Positions 45,200-55,472 of a stretch of DNA of 64,000 nucleotides are shown in pieces (within the stretch, counting starts at the first letter, position 1; the number at the start of each line of letters is the position of its first letter). The notes beneath the pieces are model-generated. The model worked only from the letters and a program-made list of their open reading frames with translations, searched no databases and was not told the origin of the DNA. The translations under genes were made by a program, and so were the position numbers. Origin of the DNA: Candidatus Binatia bacterium (GTDB taxonomy: Bacteria > Desulfobacterota > Binatia > HRBIN30); the NCBI GenBank assembly GCA_038245295.1, contig JBBRSP010000002.1:96001-160000 (forward strand). Reading direction: 5' to 3'.

Positions 45200-47209
45200 A
45201 TGAACGTTCAAACCGGCGAGGCGCGAAACACGACGCGGAGTCTTGCGACGCGGTGGAAGGCACCTGTGTGCACCCTGTGCGCCTTGCTGTTGCTGAGCAG
45301 CACGGTCCGCCACAGCCAGGCTCAGGTGGCCGGCGACGCCAACTGCGATAACGTCATCGACGCGAACGACGTCTCGGCACTGGTCGAGACAGCGTTCAAC
45401 TCGCCCACCAATCCGGCCTGCGGCTTTGCCGATGTGAACGGCGACGGGCGTGTGGACGCCGGCGACATCGTCTCCCTGGCGCGCATCCTTGCACCGCCTC
45501 CTGCCGGTCCTGTCCTCAGCTACTTCGGCATTGCCAGCGCCGAGGGTGTAGCGGCGGGGTCGGTAGGCTCGGTTGGCGCCGTGCCGATCTTTTTCCGCCG
45601 CATCGGTTCGGGCTTTCAAATCGTCGTCGAAGGACGGGCCGGCAGCAACGGTCGTGCACCTGGGCTGACCACGTACAATCCGGACCCGCGTGATCCAGCC
45701 AAACGGCCCGACATCCAGCTTTTGAGCGCCCGGGCTCTCGGTGACGGCAGCCGCGAGGTGTGCCTCGGCGGCGTACCGGCCGTCGATCCCCCGACATTTG
45801 GTCCGCAGCAACCTATCGCCGATGCCCTCAACGACATCGGCTGCAACTTCATTCTATCGAGCCAGGGTAGCTGCACACAGAACTCCTTTGGTCAGCCGGC
45901 CTTCCTCGGCAGCGGCACGCAGGCCCAGTTTTGCCTACTGGTGCCGCGCACCCTTGCGCTGCCGGACGGCGACACGCTGCTGAGTGTGCGGCTGCGTGAT
46001 GCCAATGGTGTTGTCGGACCAATTCGCCAAATGATCATTCGCGTCGGCAACGACGCGCCGCCGACGTTCACTTCCACTGCGACAAGCACACGTACTCCGA
46101 CACGCACGGCAACACCGCCGTTTACGATCCGACCAACCAATACACCGACGGGACCGCGGCCCCCTTCGCGTACACCGACCGCCACGCCGCGCAGCGCCTC
46201 GGCGACAGCAACCTTACGCCCGACCGATACGCCGGCCAACGCGACGCCCAATTCACCGACGCGAACCGCCACACGTTCGGCAACGCCAACACTCACCCAG
46301 ACAGCATCGCTGACGGCAACCGGACCGCGCCCGAGCGTCACGAAAACCCCGACGGCCACCATCACCATGGTGCCGGTCCGCACGCCGACACCGACAGCAT
46401 CGCTGCGGCCGACCGCAACGGCCACGGTCACGACGACAGCCCCGCGAGCCACGCCGACGCGGACGGCAACCAGCACGGCAACAACGACGCGCTCGCTAAC
46501 GCCGACCCGCAGCGTGACAAGAACTGCAAGCCCCACACCGCCGGTAACGGTGACACCGACACGCACGCAGACGCGAACCCCGCGGTCGACACCAACACCC
46601 ACGCCAACCGACAACGGCGCGCAGGGACCGCAGATTACCTACTTCGGTCTGACCCGCGCCGACGACTCGCTGGTCGAGCCAATCGGCAACACGCAGGACA
46701 GTGTGCCGATCTATACGCGACCCGCCGGAGCCGGATTCTCCCTGTTGATCGAAGGGAAGCCGGGCGCCAGCCGCGCCGCGCTAGGACAGTCGACGTACGT
46801 CGTTGGTTCCGACGCACTGCCGGATCTGCAGATTGTCGCGTCGCGACAGCTTGGCGACGGCAGCCCGGCGATTTGCGATGTCACACCTCCCGACGTCGGT
46901 GGTGTTCCGGCTCTCGATCCACCGATCTTCGACGATAGTCAGAACGTCATCGACACCGTGAACGACCTCGCCTGCCGTTTCGTCGACGGCAGTGGCCAGC
47001 CAAGAGGGCGCGGTCAAAACGACGCCTGCGTCCTGTTCTCGAACGGTGACTATCGCTTCGTCAGTCCATCGTCGATGCTCCAGTTCTGCGGCTTCATCGA
47101 CGGAGCCCTGCACTTCCCCAATGGTGACACGCGCTTTACAGCGCGCCTGCGCGACGCCCAGGGCAATGTCGGCCTACCGCGCCAGATCGTCGTCCGAGTC
47201 GGCCAGTAA
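45200..47209 (+). CDS. Secreted protein: dockerin-like domain plus two copies of an unassigned ~185-aa domain separated by a Thr/Pro/Arg linker
   Basis: Signal peptide; GDANCDNVIDAND and ADVNGDGRVDAGD loops; internal duplication GP..YFG....RLRDA.G.VG..RQ...RVG. Confidence 0.75.
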   Translation: MNVQTGEARNTTRSLATRWKAPVCTLCALLLLSSTVRHSQAQVAGDANCDNVIDANDVSALVETAFNSPTNPACGFADVNGDGRVDAGDIVSLARILAPPPAGPVLSYFGIASAEGVAAGSVGSVGAVPIFFRRIGSGFQIVVEGRAGSNGRAPGLTTYNPDPRDPAKRPDIQLLSARALGDGSREVCLGGVPAVDPPTFGPQQPIADALNDIGCNFILSSQGSCTQNSFGQPAFLGSGTQAQFCLLVPRTLALPDGDTLLSVRLRDANGVVGPIRQMIIRVGNDAPPTFTSTATSTRTPTRTATPPFTIRPTNTPTGPRPPSRTPTATPRSASATATLRPTDTPANATPNSPTRTATRSATPTLTQTASLTATGPRPSVTKTPTATITMVPVRTPTPTASLRPTATATVTTTAPRATPTRTATSTATTTRSLTPTRSVTRTASPTPPVTVTPTRTQTRTPRSTPTPTPTDNGAQGPQITYFGLTRADDSLVEPIGNTQDSVPIYTRPAGAGFSLLIEGKPGASRAALGQSTYVVGSDALPDLQIVASRQLGDGSPAICDVTPPDVGGVPALDPPIFDDSQNVIDTVNDLACRFVDGSGQPRGRGQNDACVLFSNGDYRFVSPSSMLQFCGFIDGALHFPNGDTRFTARLRDAQGNVGLPRQIVVRVGQ

Positions 47210-47257
47210 CGTAAAAGGATGAAGTGTGAGGGTGAGTCACCCTTCACCGTTCACTCT

Positions 47258-48577
47258 TCAAACGGCTTCCGACCGACAAGCCTGATCACAGCCGTCGCCG
47301 TTGTCACGGTTGCCGTCGTCGCAGGTCTCGTGATCGCGCTGCACGATTCCGTCGCCGCAGGTGCTGGGACGGCAGTAGAGCTGCAGGCCGTCACGATCGC
47401 GCGTGCCGTTGGAGCTGATGGCCTGCAGACGGAAGCGCTTGCGACCGGCGAGCAACCGTCCACTCTGATTCGAACCCAGCGGTACCTGTAAGGCAAACCA
47501 AGCGCTGCATGCATCGATGCGATCGTTGGCGCCGCCGCTTTGAACGATGGTCTCGCGTCGAGCCACTGTGAGACGCAGCCCCGCGTGCCCTGCCGAGTCT
47601 TCGAGACGCAACAGATTAGCGGCGTCGGCGCTGTCTAGGAGGCCATCCGGGCGCGGCATCCGTACTTCGAGAGTTTTGACGTCGCTGGCGACACACTTGG
47701 ACAGGCGCGGATCGGCGTTGTTGATGCACAGCCGGGCGCGAAACGTGCAGCTCTGATTGTCGAGATCGGGATCGTCGTCGCAGGTCGGATCCCCTTCGTA
47801 ACAAACCAGCTTGCCCTTCGGCATGCCGCCGCGATCCGGCAGCGGCGCCGGCCGGGTGACCCACTCGACCAGACAATCGGTGGACTTCGGTCCGCCGCCG
47901 CGCACGCACGGGTTGGTCGTGGCCGCCCCGGTGCATTGGCCTGGTGTCGGCGACACCGTTGTTGTCGCCGTGCCGGTGCGTGTCGCGGTCGCCGTTGGCG
48001 TCGCCGTCGGGGTCGAGGTCCGGGTCGCCGTCGCCGTGACGGTGGCTGTTACGGTGATTGTGGGCGTTCGTGTCGGTGTCGGTACGACCAACGCATAGGC
48101 CGACGAGGTGGTATTGCCGATCGCGCCATTCAGCACCGGCGAGGCGGACATGAGGATCGTCTTGTTACCCGGCGTGCTGCCGTTGGTAATGTCGCGCAAG
48201 ACAATCGTCAGTGGTGTGCCACTAGCGGCGTTGATCGGCGAGATGAACGTAATGGTCTGGCCGGCGTTGCCGATGAAGCTCTCGATCGGAATGCCGTTGA
48301 TGCTGCCGGCCGAGACGGTTCCCACCTCGGTGTCGACCTGGAACAAGATGGTGACGTAGCTCACCGTCGTCAGATCGCAGCCGCTCAAGTTCGGAACGGC
48401 GGTTTCAATGGTGAAGTCGCTCAAGCGCGACGTGATCGGACTCGCCGCGGTAACCGTGATTGGCTGAAACGTTCTACCGCCGCAATTGTAGGCCAGGGCC
48501 GCATCCGTCCAAGGAAAGACGGCAACCATTGCGACTACTGAGCCCGTAAGGATGGAACGAACTACCCCGAGATTCAT
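47258..48577 (-). CDS. Secreted protein: Ig-like N-region, Thr/Pro linker, Cys-rich domain, C-terminal myxococcal Cys-rich (DUF4215-like) repeat
   Basis: GAGGAGG RBS; signal peptide; CGDGIVQ..ETCDDGN..NGDGCDQAC. Confidence 0.75.
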   Translation of the reverse strand: MNLGVVRSILTGSVVAMVAVFPWTDAALAYNCGGRTFQPITVTAASPITSRLSDFTIETAVPNLSGCDLTTVSYVTILFQVDTEVGTVSAGSINGIPIESFIGNAGQTITFISPINAASGTPLTIVLRDITNGSTPGNKTILMSASPVLNGAIGNTTSSAYALVVPTPTRTPTITVTATVTATATRTSTPTATPTATATRTGTATTTVSPTPGQCTGAATTNPCVRGGGPKSTDCLVEWVTRPAPLPDRGGMPKGKLVCYEGDPTCDDDPDLDNQSCTFRARLCINNADPRLSKCVASDVKTLEVRMPRPDGLLDSADAANLLRLEDSAGHAGLRLTVARRETIVQSGGANDRIDACSAWFALQVPLGSNQSGRLLAGRKRFRLQAISSNGTRDRDGLQLYCRPSTCGDGIVQRDHETCDDGNRDNGDGCDQACRSEAV

Positions 48578-48612
48578 AGTGCACCTCCTCGCGCCAAGTT
48601 GACGCAGAGGAG

Positions 48613-48629
48613 AGCACGCGGCTTGCCAA
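48613..48629 (-). promoter_or_regulatory. Candidate sigma54 (-24/-12) promoter
   Basis: TTGGCAAGCCGCGTGCT on the minus strand, GG-N10-GC spacing, about 35 nt upstream of the 48577 start. Confidence 0.4.
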
Positions 48630-48935
48630 CTCCGGCAAGCACGAAAGTCGGCGCGGCGCGGCCAACCCCGCCGCTCAGGCGGACTCACTCAGAGTCGCGT
48701 CGAAGGCTCAGTCTGATGCCACCACTGCATGGCTGCATTGAACCTAAGCCAAGCAGGGATGTCGTTTGGTGCGACGCGGCTGAGCACGCGAAATGGCCAC
48801 GCAGCACAGCTCCAGGCGCAGAAGATGTCTCAACACTGGGAAGGCCAGCCAACGGCCGGGCTGCGCCCGTCGCAGGGTGAGCCTACGTTTCGAGACAGCC
48901 GGCAATGCGCCGACCGGTTTGTCTTGCGTGCCGGG

Positions 48936-49748
48936 TTACGGCATGCAGGTCAGCTTGAGCACATCGCGATCCGAGCGCTTCCGGCTACCGGTCGAGTTGA
49001 GAAAGCGTTGCGCGCTGAGGCCGAGATATTTAGTGGTCGCCAGAGCCTGCCCCGTCGAGCTCATGCGCAGCGGGATGGTGAAGTCCGCAAACGCGGTACA
49101 CGCCCCTTCATCTTGCAACGATGGGTTGAAGCGGATGGAGCTGATGACACACTGGCCGTCGAAGGTGTTGAATCCGGAATCGCAATCGGTGTCTAGCGTG
49201 CAGGCCTGGCTGTACTTGTTGGTGGCGGCATTGCAGCGGCCGCGTTCGACGACGCCGCCGAGACCAAGAAGCTCGTCGATGATCGGATTGCCGAGGTTGG
49301 GATTGCGCGCGTTGTAGAGCAGTCGGACCCGATCGATGGCGTCCGGTGCACAGGATAGAATACGGGGATCGGTGTTGTTGAAGCACAGGGCAACGTGGAA
49401 GGTGCAGGCCTCGTCTCCGGGTGAGCCAAAATCGCACGCCGGATCATCATCCTGGCACGATACCGTCAGCCGGTTGGCGTCCGTCGACTGAGTCGGAATC
49501 GGCTCCGTCATCCATTCCTGGAAGCATTCCTTGTAGTCGAATCCTTTCGACCCCGGGATGAGCTCGTAGCGGCAGGTCGAGGAACAGAAGTCGTAGTCGA
49601 CCAGATTGCCGTCATCGCATTGCTCGCCAACGTCGACGACGCCGTCGCCGCAGGCGGCCCGCGACGTGCCCGCCGCCAGCAGCAGAAGTGCCGCGCTTGC
49701 CAAGCATCGACCGAAGAAACGCCACCCGACTGAAATTTCCTGTCTCAT
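48936..49748 (-). CDS. Secreted Cys-rich protein with N-terminal myxococcal Cys-rich (DUF4215-like) repeat; paralog of 47258..48577
   Basis: Signal peptide; CGDGVVDVGEQCDDGN; shared EW.T.P.P, C.DDDP.CD, CTF...LC.NN.DPR, D.D.L.L.C.P motifs. Confidence 0.75.
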   Translation of the reverse strand: MRQEISVGWRFFGRCLASAALLLLAAGTSRAACGDGVVDVGEQCDDGNLVDYDFCSSTCRYELIPGSKGFDYKECFQEWMTEPIPTQSTDANRLTVSCQDDDPACDFGSPGDEACTFHVALCFNNTDPRILSCAPDAIDRVRLLYNARNPNLGNPIIDELLGLGGVVERGRCNAATNKYSQACTLDTDCDSGFNTFDGQCVISSIRFNPSLQDEGACTAFADFTIPLRMSSTGQALATTKYLGLSAQRFLNSTGSRKRSDRDVLKLTCMP

Positions 49749-49930
49749 AGTCAACCCCTCACTAGCCGTCTCGCTCGCTCGGCCTCCCGTAACGGTTATC
49801 GCCTCGGAACCAAGCGGTCTATTGCCTGTCGCATACCGAGACGACCTTTTGCAAGGAGGATTGAGCCTCGGTTGTGGGTAAGCCTTCCCATACCCGTACC
49901 GGCTCGTGCTAGAAGCGCCCACCAATACGT

Positions 49931-50536
49931 ATGGCGAACGCGAAGAAACACTTCTCAATGCTGCGTAGTTTCCACCTGGCTGACCTGTTCACTCTGGGAA
50001 ACGGCGCCTGCGGCGTGGCGGCAATCTTTCATGGCATGCGTTTCATGGACACGCAGTACAACCCGCACCTCTTCCTGGCGGCGGTGCTTGTCCCCGTAGC
50101 CCTCGTTTTCGATGTTCTCGACGGGCGAATTGCTCGCTGGCGCCACAAGGCTTCCCCCATGGGCCGCGAGCTCGACTCCCTTGCCGATGTAATTTCGTTC
50201 GGCGTGGCGCCTGCCTGTATCGGCTTCGCCATCGGCCTGCGCTCGGCCCTCGACCAGGCGGTGCTGCTGTATTTCGTGCTCTGCGGCTTGAGCCGCTTGG
50301 CGCGCTACAATATCTCGGCCGACGACATGGCGTCGCAGACCGGCAAGGTCGAGTACTTCGAAGGCACCCCGATTCCGACAAGCATCGTGCCTCTGCTCGG
50401 CGTTCTGCTCCTGTATTGGTACGAAGCACTCGGAATGATTCACCTCGCTGGCCTGCCGCTCCACCCGGCCACCCTGCTCTTCGCCTTGTCCGGCAGCTTG
50501 ATGATCAGCAAGACCATCCATATTCCAAAACCGTAG
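49931..50536 (+). CDS. pssA: CDP-diacylglycerol--serine O-phosphatidyltransferase
   Basis: FTLGNGACG, DVLDGRIAR..GRELDSLAD.ISFGVAP, RLARYN, FEGTPIP. Confidence 0.88.
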   Translation: MANAKKHFSMLRSFHLADLFTLGNGACGVAAIFHGMRFMDTQYNPHLFLAAVLVPVALVFDVLDGRIARWRHKASPMGRELDSLADVISFGVAPACIGFAIGLRSALDQAVLLYFVLCGLSRLARYNISADDMASQTGKVEYFEGTPIPTSIVPLLGVLLLYWYEALGMIHLAGLPLHPATLLFALSGSLMISKTIHIPKP

Positions 50537-50637
50537 ATGTGCGGCGAACCGCCTGTCGGCGTTCGTGGGAACAACGCTTGAGCGGATTGTATCAACCGCG
50601 CCGTTCACGTAGGGCCACAGCAGGAGTTCCGTCGCGT

Positions 50638-51641
<1,004 letters not shown>

Positions 51642-51642
<1 letters not shown>

Positions 51643-51705
51643 CCCCCGCCCGCGCCCCCGCCCGCGTTCGAGGCGGGGGCACGGGCGCGGGCGAAGGCGG
51701 GGGGT
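51642..51705. repeat. Inverted GC-rich hexamer arrays (hairpin) after nadA
   Basis: CCCCCGCCCGCGCCCCCGCCCGCG..GCGGGGGCACGGGCGCGGGCG..GGGG. Confidence 0.65.
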
Positions 51706-51750
51706 GTAGCTTGATTCCCGCCCGCCGTTGGGCCAATCCCTTGGCCGCGT

Positions 51751-52851
51751 ATGCCACAACCATTGTCATCTGTTCGCATCGGGATGGTCGGTGCCGGAAT
51801 CATCGGCGGTACCCACTCCGCCGTCCTCCAACAAATCCAACTGGCGCTGGGTGACAAGGTCGAGCTGGTCGCCATCGCCGACCCGGACGAGAAGCACCGC
51901 CAGTTCTTCGGATCGGTGTACGGCTACCGCGAGCAATACAGGTCGGCCGAGGAGTTGCTCACCAACGCCGACGTCAACACGATCTTCGTCTGTACGCCGA
52001 CCAAGTTCCACGCCGAGCTGGTGCACGTTGCCGCGGCGCGCGGCCTGCACATCTTTGCCGAAAAGCCGCTGGCGATGGATTACGCCGAGGCCAAGGGCAT
52101 GGTGGAAGCGGTCGACCGCGCCGGTGTGACCACGCAGATCGGGCTGGTGTTGCGCTTCTCGTCGGTCTTCACGGTGATTCGCGACCTTGTCCGGTCCCCG
52201 CAAGCCGGACACCCGATGGCCGTCGTCTTCCGCGACGATCAGGTGTTCCCCATCCGCGGCGTACACGACACACCGTGGCGCAAGGACCGTACTCTGAGTG
52301 CCGGTGGCACGCTGATCGAACACGGGGTGCACGATCTCGACATTCTGACATGGCTATTCGGACCCGTGGCACGCCTGCGCGCCTGGGAGCAGAACCGCGC
52401 CGGTCATCCGGGCATCGAAGATTACGTTGCCGTCGACTTGGAGTTCGAAAACGGTTTGCACGCGCAGCTCATCAATGTGTGGCACAACATGGTGCAGCGC
52501 CACTCGAATCGGCGCATCGAAATCTTCTGCGAGAATGCCTTTGTCGCCAGCGAGGCCGACATGATGGGATCGATCACCGCGCAGTTCGGCGAAGGCAGTG
52601 AGCAGGTGATGGCTGATGACGAGATCATGCGGCGCTTTCTCGAACACCATCCGAAGGCGCCGGAAGGACTGCGCGGCATGTATGGCATTGCCTACCTGGT
52701 GCAGGACTTGAGCTTCATCGCCGCACTCCTCGAAGGCCGCACTGCCGATCCATCGATCCACGTCGGTCTCGAAGCACAGCGCCTGGCTGCCGCGACCTAT
52801 CACTCGGCCCGGACGGGGGCAGACGTCGATGTCCGCACCTTCCAGGCCTGA
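51751..52851 (+). CDS. Gfo/Idh/MocA family oxidoreductase
   Basis: IGMVGAGIIG, VCTPTKFH, AEKPLA, GGTLIEHGVHDLD. Confidence 0.9.
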   Translation: MPQPLSSVRIGMVGAGIIGGTHSAVLQQIQLALGDKVELVAIADPDEKHRQFFGSVYGYREQYRSAEELLTNADVNTIFVCTPTKFHAELVHVAAARGLHIFAEKPLAMDYAEAKGMVEAVDRAGVTTQIGLVLRFSSVFTVIRDLVRSPQAGHPMAVVFRDDQVFPIRGVHDTPWRKDRTLSAGGTLIEHGVHDLDILTWLFGPVARLRAWEQNRAGHPGIEDYVAVDLEFENGLHAQLINVWHNMVQRHSNRRIEIFCENAFVASEADMMGSITAQFGEGSEQVMADDEIMRRFLEHHPKAPEGLRGMYGIAYLVQDLSFIAALLEGRTADPSIHVGLEAQRLAAATYHSARTGADVDVRTFQA

Positions 52852-52902
52852 GCCAGGCCCGCCAGCCAGAATGTTCAGACAAGTCTCGACGCAAGCCAAT
52901 CT

Positions 52903-52960
52903 CCCTTCTCCCACTCCGAGCGGACTCGCCATCGGTGGGAGAGGGTTAGGGTGAGGGCCC
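52903..52960. repeat. CCCTCTCCC..GGGAGAGGG..GGGTGAGGG repeat (half element)
   Basis: Matches the left half of 15943-16083 and 56311-56445. Confidence 0.75.
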
Positions 52961-52990
52961 GAAGTCTTCCCAAAAGGAGCCAACAAGAAC

Positions 52991-54199
52991 ATGGACGCTA
53001 AAAAAGACACGCCGGAACAAGCTGAGTTCCGCGACCACGCGCGCCGCTGGCTGCGCGAAAACAAGCCGGCGCCGCTCTCGACACGCTTGCCGGAGTATCC
53101 GATCGAAGTCGTGTCGGACGAACACCGCCGTTACCTCTGCGACTGGCAGAAGAAATGTTACCAGGCCGGTCTGGTCGCCTGCGACTATCCGAAGGAGTTC
53201 GGCGGTGGCGGTCACTCCGGTTTCCAGCGTATTGCGTCGCAGGAAATGGGCGCCGCCGGCACGCCCTACCTGATCAATGTCATCGGCCTCAACATGGCGG
53301 CGCCGACGATCCTGCATCACGGCAGCGACGAGCTGAAGCGCAAGTTCCTGCCGCCGTTGTTCGCTGCCGATGAGATCTGGTGTCAGGGTTTCTCCGAGCC
53401 CAACGCCGGCAGCGATTTGGCCGGCGCACAGACCTCGGCCGTGCGCAGCGGCGACAACTGGATCCTCAACGGCCACAAGGTGTGGACCAGTCTGGCCACC
53501 TTCGCCAGTTGGATGATCATCCTGTGCCGCACCAGCAACGACGACAAATACAAAGGCCTGACATACTACGTCACCCCCATCGCCAACACCAAAGGTGTCA
53601 CGGTGCGCCCGCTGATCAAGATCACCGGCCAGGCCGGATTCAATGAAGTATTGTTCGAAGACGTGGTGATCCCCGACGCCTATCGCCTCGACGAGGTCGG
53701 CAACGGCTGGCAAGTCGCGATGACCACCCTGTTGCACGAACGCGGCGCCGCCGAAGGCGCCGGTGGTGGTGGCGGCGACACGCTCGAAGAACGCACCGCC
53801 GGACTGGTTCGTCTCGCCAAGCGGATGAAGCGCAATGGCAAGACGGCTTGGGACGATGCGGCGATTCGCGATCGCATTATGCAGATCATCGTACGTGCCG
53901 AAGGCATGCGTCAGTTGTATCGCCGGGCTCGCGTCGGCGGGCTCATCGAACATCCGATGCGCATCCCGTTGCAGGGCAAGCTGCTGATCAGCGAGCTCTT
54001 GCAGGATGCCTCGGCGCTCGGAATGGAGATCGCGGGTGCGCACGCGTCGCTGTACCTCGGCGATGCGAATGCTCCCGACGGCGCCGAATGGCCGCTGTCG
54101 TACTTGAACTCCTACGGTATCACCATCGCCGCCGGCACGAGCGAAGTGCAGCGCAACATTCTCGGCGAGCGGGTACTCGGATTGGCCAAGTCGAAGTAG
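52991..54199 (+). CDS. Acyl-CoA dehydrogenase family protein
   Basis: WCQGFSEPNAGSDL, NGHKVWTS, FNEVLFEDV, AGTSEVQRNI. Confidence 0.92.
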   Translation: MDAKKDTPEQAEFRDHARRWLRENKPAPLSTRLPEYPIEVVSDEHRRYLCDWQKKCYQAGLVACDYPKEFGGGGHSGFQRIASQEMGAAGTPYLINVIGLNMAAPTILHHGSDELKRKFLPPLFAADEIWCQGFSEPNAGSDLAGAQTSAVRSGDNWILNGHKVWTSLATFASWMIILCRTSNDDKYKGLTYYVTPIANTKGVTVRPLIKITGQAGFNEVLFEDVVIPDAYRLDEVGNGWQVAMTTLLHERGAAEGAGGGGGDTLEERTAGLVRLAKRMKRNGKTAWDDAAIRDRIMQIIVRAEGMRQLYRRARVGGLIEHPMRIPLQGKLLISELLQDASALGMEIAGAHASLYLGDANAPDGAEWPLSYLNSYGITIAAGTSEVQRNILGERVLGLAKSK

Positions 54200-54205
54200 A
54201 AAACT

Positions 54206-54282
54206 TGCCCTTGCCGTTGCCCTTGCCCGTGCCCTGGTTCCAGCCGGGTCGGACAAGGGCACGGGCAAGGGCACGGGCAAGG
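54206..54282. repeat. Inverted (GCCCTT/GCCCGT)n..(AAGGGC/ACGGGC)n hexamer hairpin inside the operon
   Basis: Directly visible complementary arrays between the two acyl-CoA dehydrogenase genes. Confidence 0.75.
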
Positions 54283-54291
54283 AAGAACAAA

Positions 54292-55455
54292 ATGGCACAA
54301 CCAAAAGATTTCGGATTCGGTGAAGACGAACAGATGCTGCGCGATTCGGCGCGCAAGTTCCTGGCGGACAACGCGGGCATCGAGACCCTGCGCCGCAGCG
54401 TCGCGCATGATCATCACGAGGCATACGAGAGCCCGGTACCGCCGGCGACCTATGACGCCGACTTGTGGGCGAAGATGGTCGAGCTCGGCTGGACGACACT
54501 GGCGGTGCCCGAAAGCAGTGGCGGCTCCGGGATGAAGATGGTTGCCGTCGCCGCGTTGGCGGAAGAGGCGGGGCGCGCCGCGCTCGTGTCGCCGTTGATC
54601 ACGACGCTGCTGGCCACCTGCACGCTACGCGAGGCAGCGTCCGACGGCGCACGCGCCGCGTTGACGCGTATCGTCGGCGGTGAAGCATCGGCGTTGGCGA
54701 TCACGAATGCCGATGGTGTTTGGGATAGCGCCGATAGCGGCGTAACCGCGAAGGTGACCAAGAAGGGTGCGACCCTGAACGGCACCGTGCATTTCGTTCA
54801 AGACGCGCGCAAAGTCGCCTTCTTCGTTGTCGCCGCCAAGAGCGGCAAGAAGGTCGGCCTCTACGTCGTCAACGCCGACACACCGGGCGTGACGATTCAT
54901 CCCGATCGCATCGTCGACCTGACGCGCGACCAGGCGCACATCACCTTCGAGAACGTGACGATCCCGGCAACTCAGATCGTCGCGCCGGCAGGCGAAGGCG
55001 AAGCGGTGCTGACCAAGGCGATGCCGGCGTGGCTGACCATTGTGGCCGCCGACATGTGTGGCGCCGGTGAGTGGCAATTGCAGACGACAACGGCCTACGC
55101 CCAGATGCGTAAACAGTTCGATCATCCGATCGGCTTCTTCCAGGCAGTGAAACATCCACTCGTCAACATGATGGTGAAGATCGATGAGGCGCGTTCGCTG
55201 GTCTATGCCGCGGCCTGCGCCATCGATGTCGAGCCGAAGAGCGCCGAGCGTTATGCGCGATTGGCCAAGTCGAGTGCTTCCGACATGGCGGCGTTCTGCT
55301 CCGGACGTTCGGTGCAATTGCACGGTGGCATCGGCTTCACCTGGGAGTGCGACGTGCACATCTACTTCAAGCGCCAGAAGCACAATCAGATGTTGTTCGG
55401 CGACGGGTTGTTCCAGCGCTCTAAACTCGCCGACATGTTCGACAGCGCCGCCTAG
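54292..55455 (+). CDS. Acyl-CoA dehydrogenase family protein (probable partner subunit)
   Basis: RKQFDHPIGFFQAVKH, VQLHGGIGFTWECDVH; lacks the SEP..GSD and GTSE motifs. Confidence 0.88.
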   Translation: MAQPKDFGFGEDEQMLRDSARKFLADNAGIETLRRSVAHDHHEAYESPVPPATYDADLWAKMVELGWTTLAVPESSGGSGMKMVAVAALAEEAGRAALVSPLITTLLATCTLREAASDGARAALTRIVGGEASALAITNADGVWDSADSGVTAKVTKKGATLNGTVHFVQDARKVAFFVVAAKSGKKVGLYVVNADTPGVTIHPDRIVDLTRDQAHITFENVTIPATQIVAPAGEGEAVLTKAMPAWLTIVAADMCGAGEWQLQTTTAYAQMRKQFDHPIGFFQAVKHPLVNMMVKIDEARSLVYAAACAIDVEPKSAERYARLAKSSASDMAAFCSGRSVQLHGGIGFTWECDVHIYFKRQKHNQMLFGDGLFQRSKLADMFDSAA

Positions 55456-55472
55456 ACGCGGAGGTTTTTGGC

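Noticed and set aside
48630..48935. Possible riboswitch in a long intergenic region
   Set aside because: No conserved riboswitch consensus recognised by eye; an Rfam/Infernal search would be needed
53848..54291. N-terminal extension of the second acyl-CoA dehydrogenase containing LPLPLP/RARARA
   Set aside because: It is the translation of the intergenic hexamer hairpin; the likely start is ATG 54292
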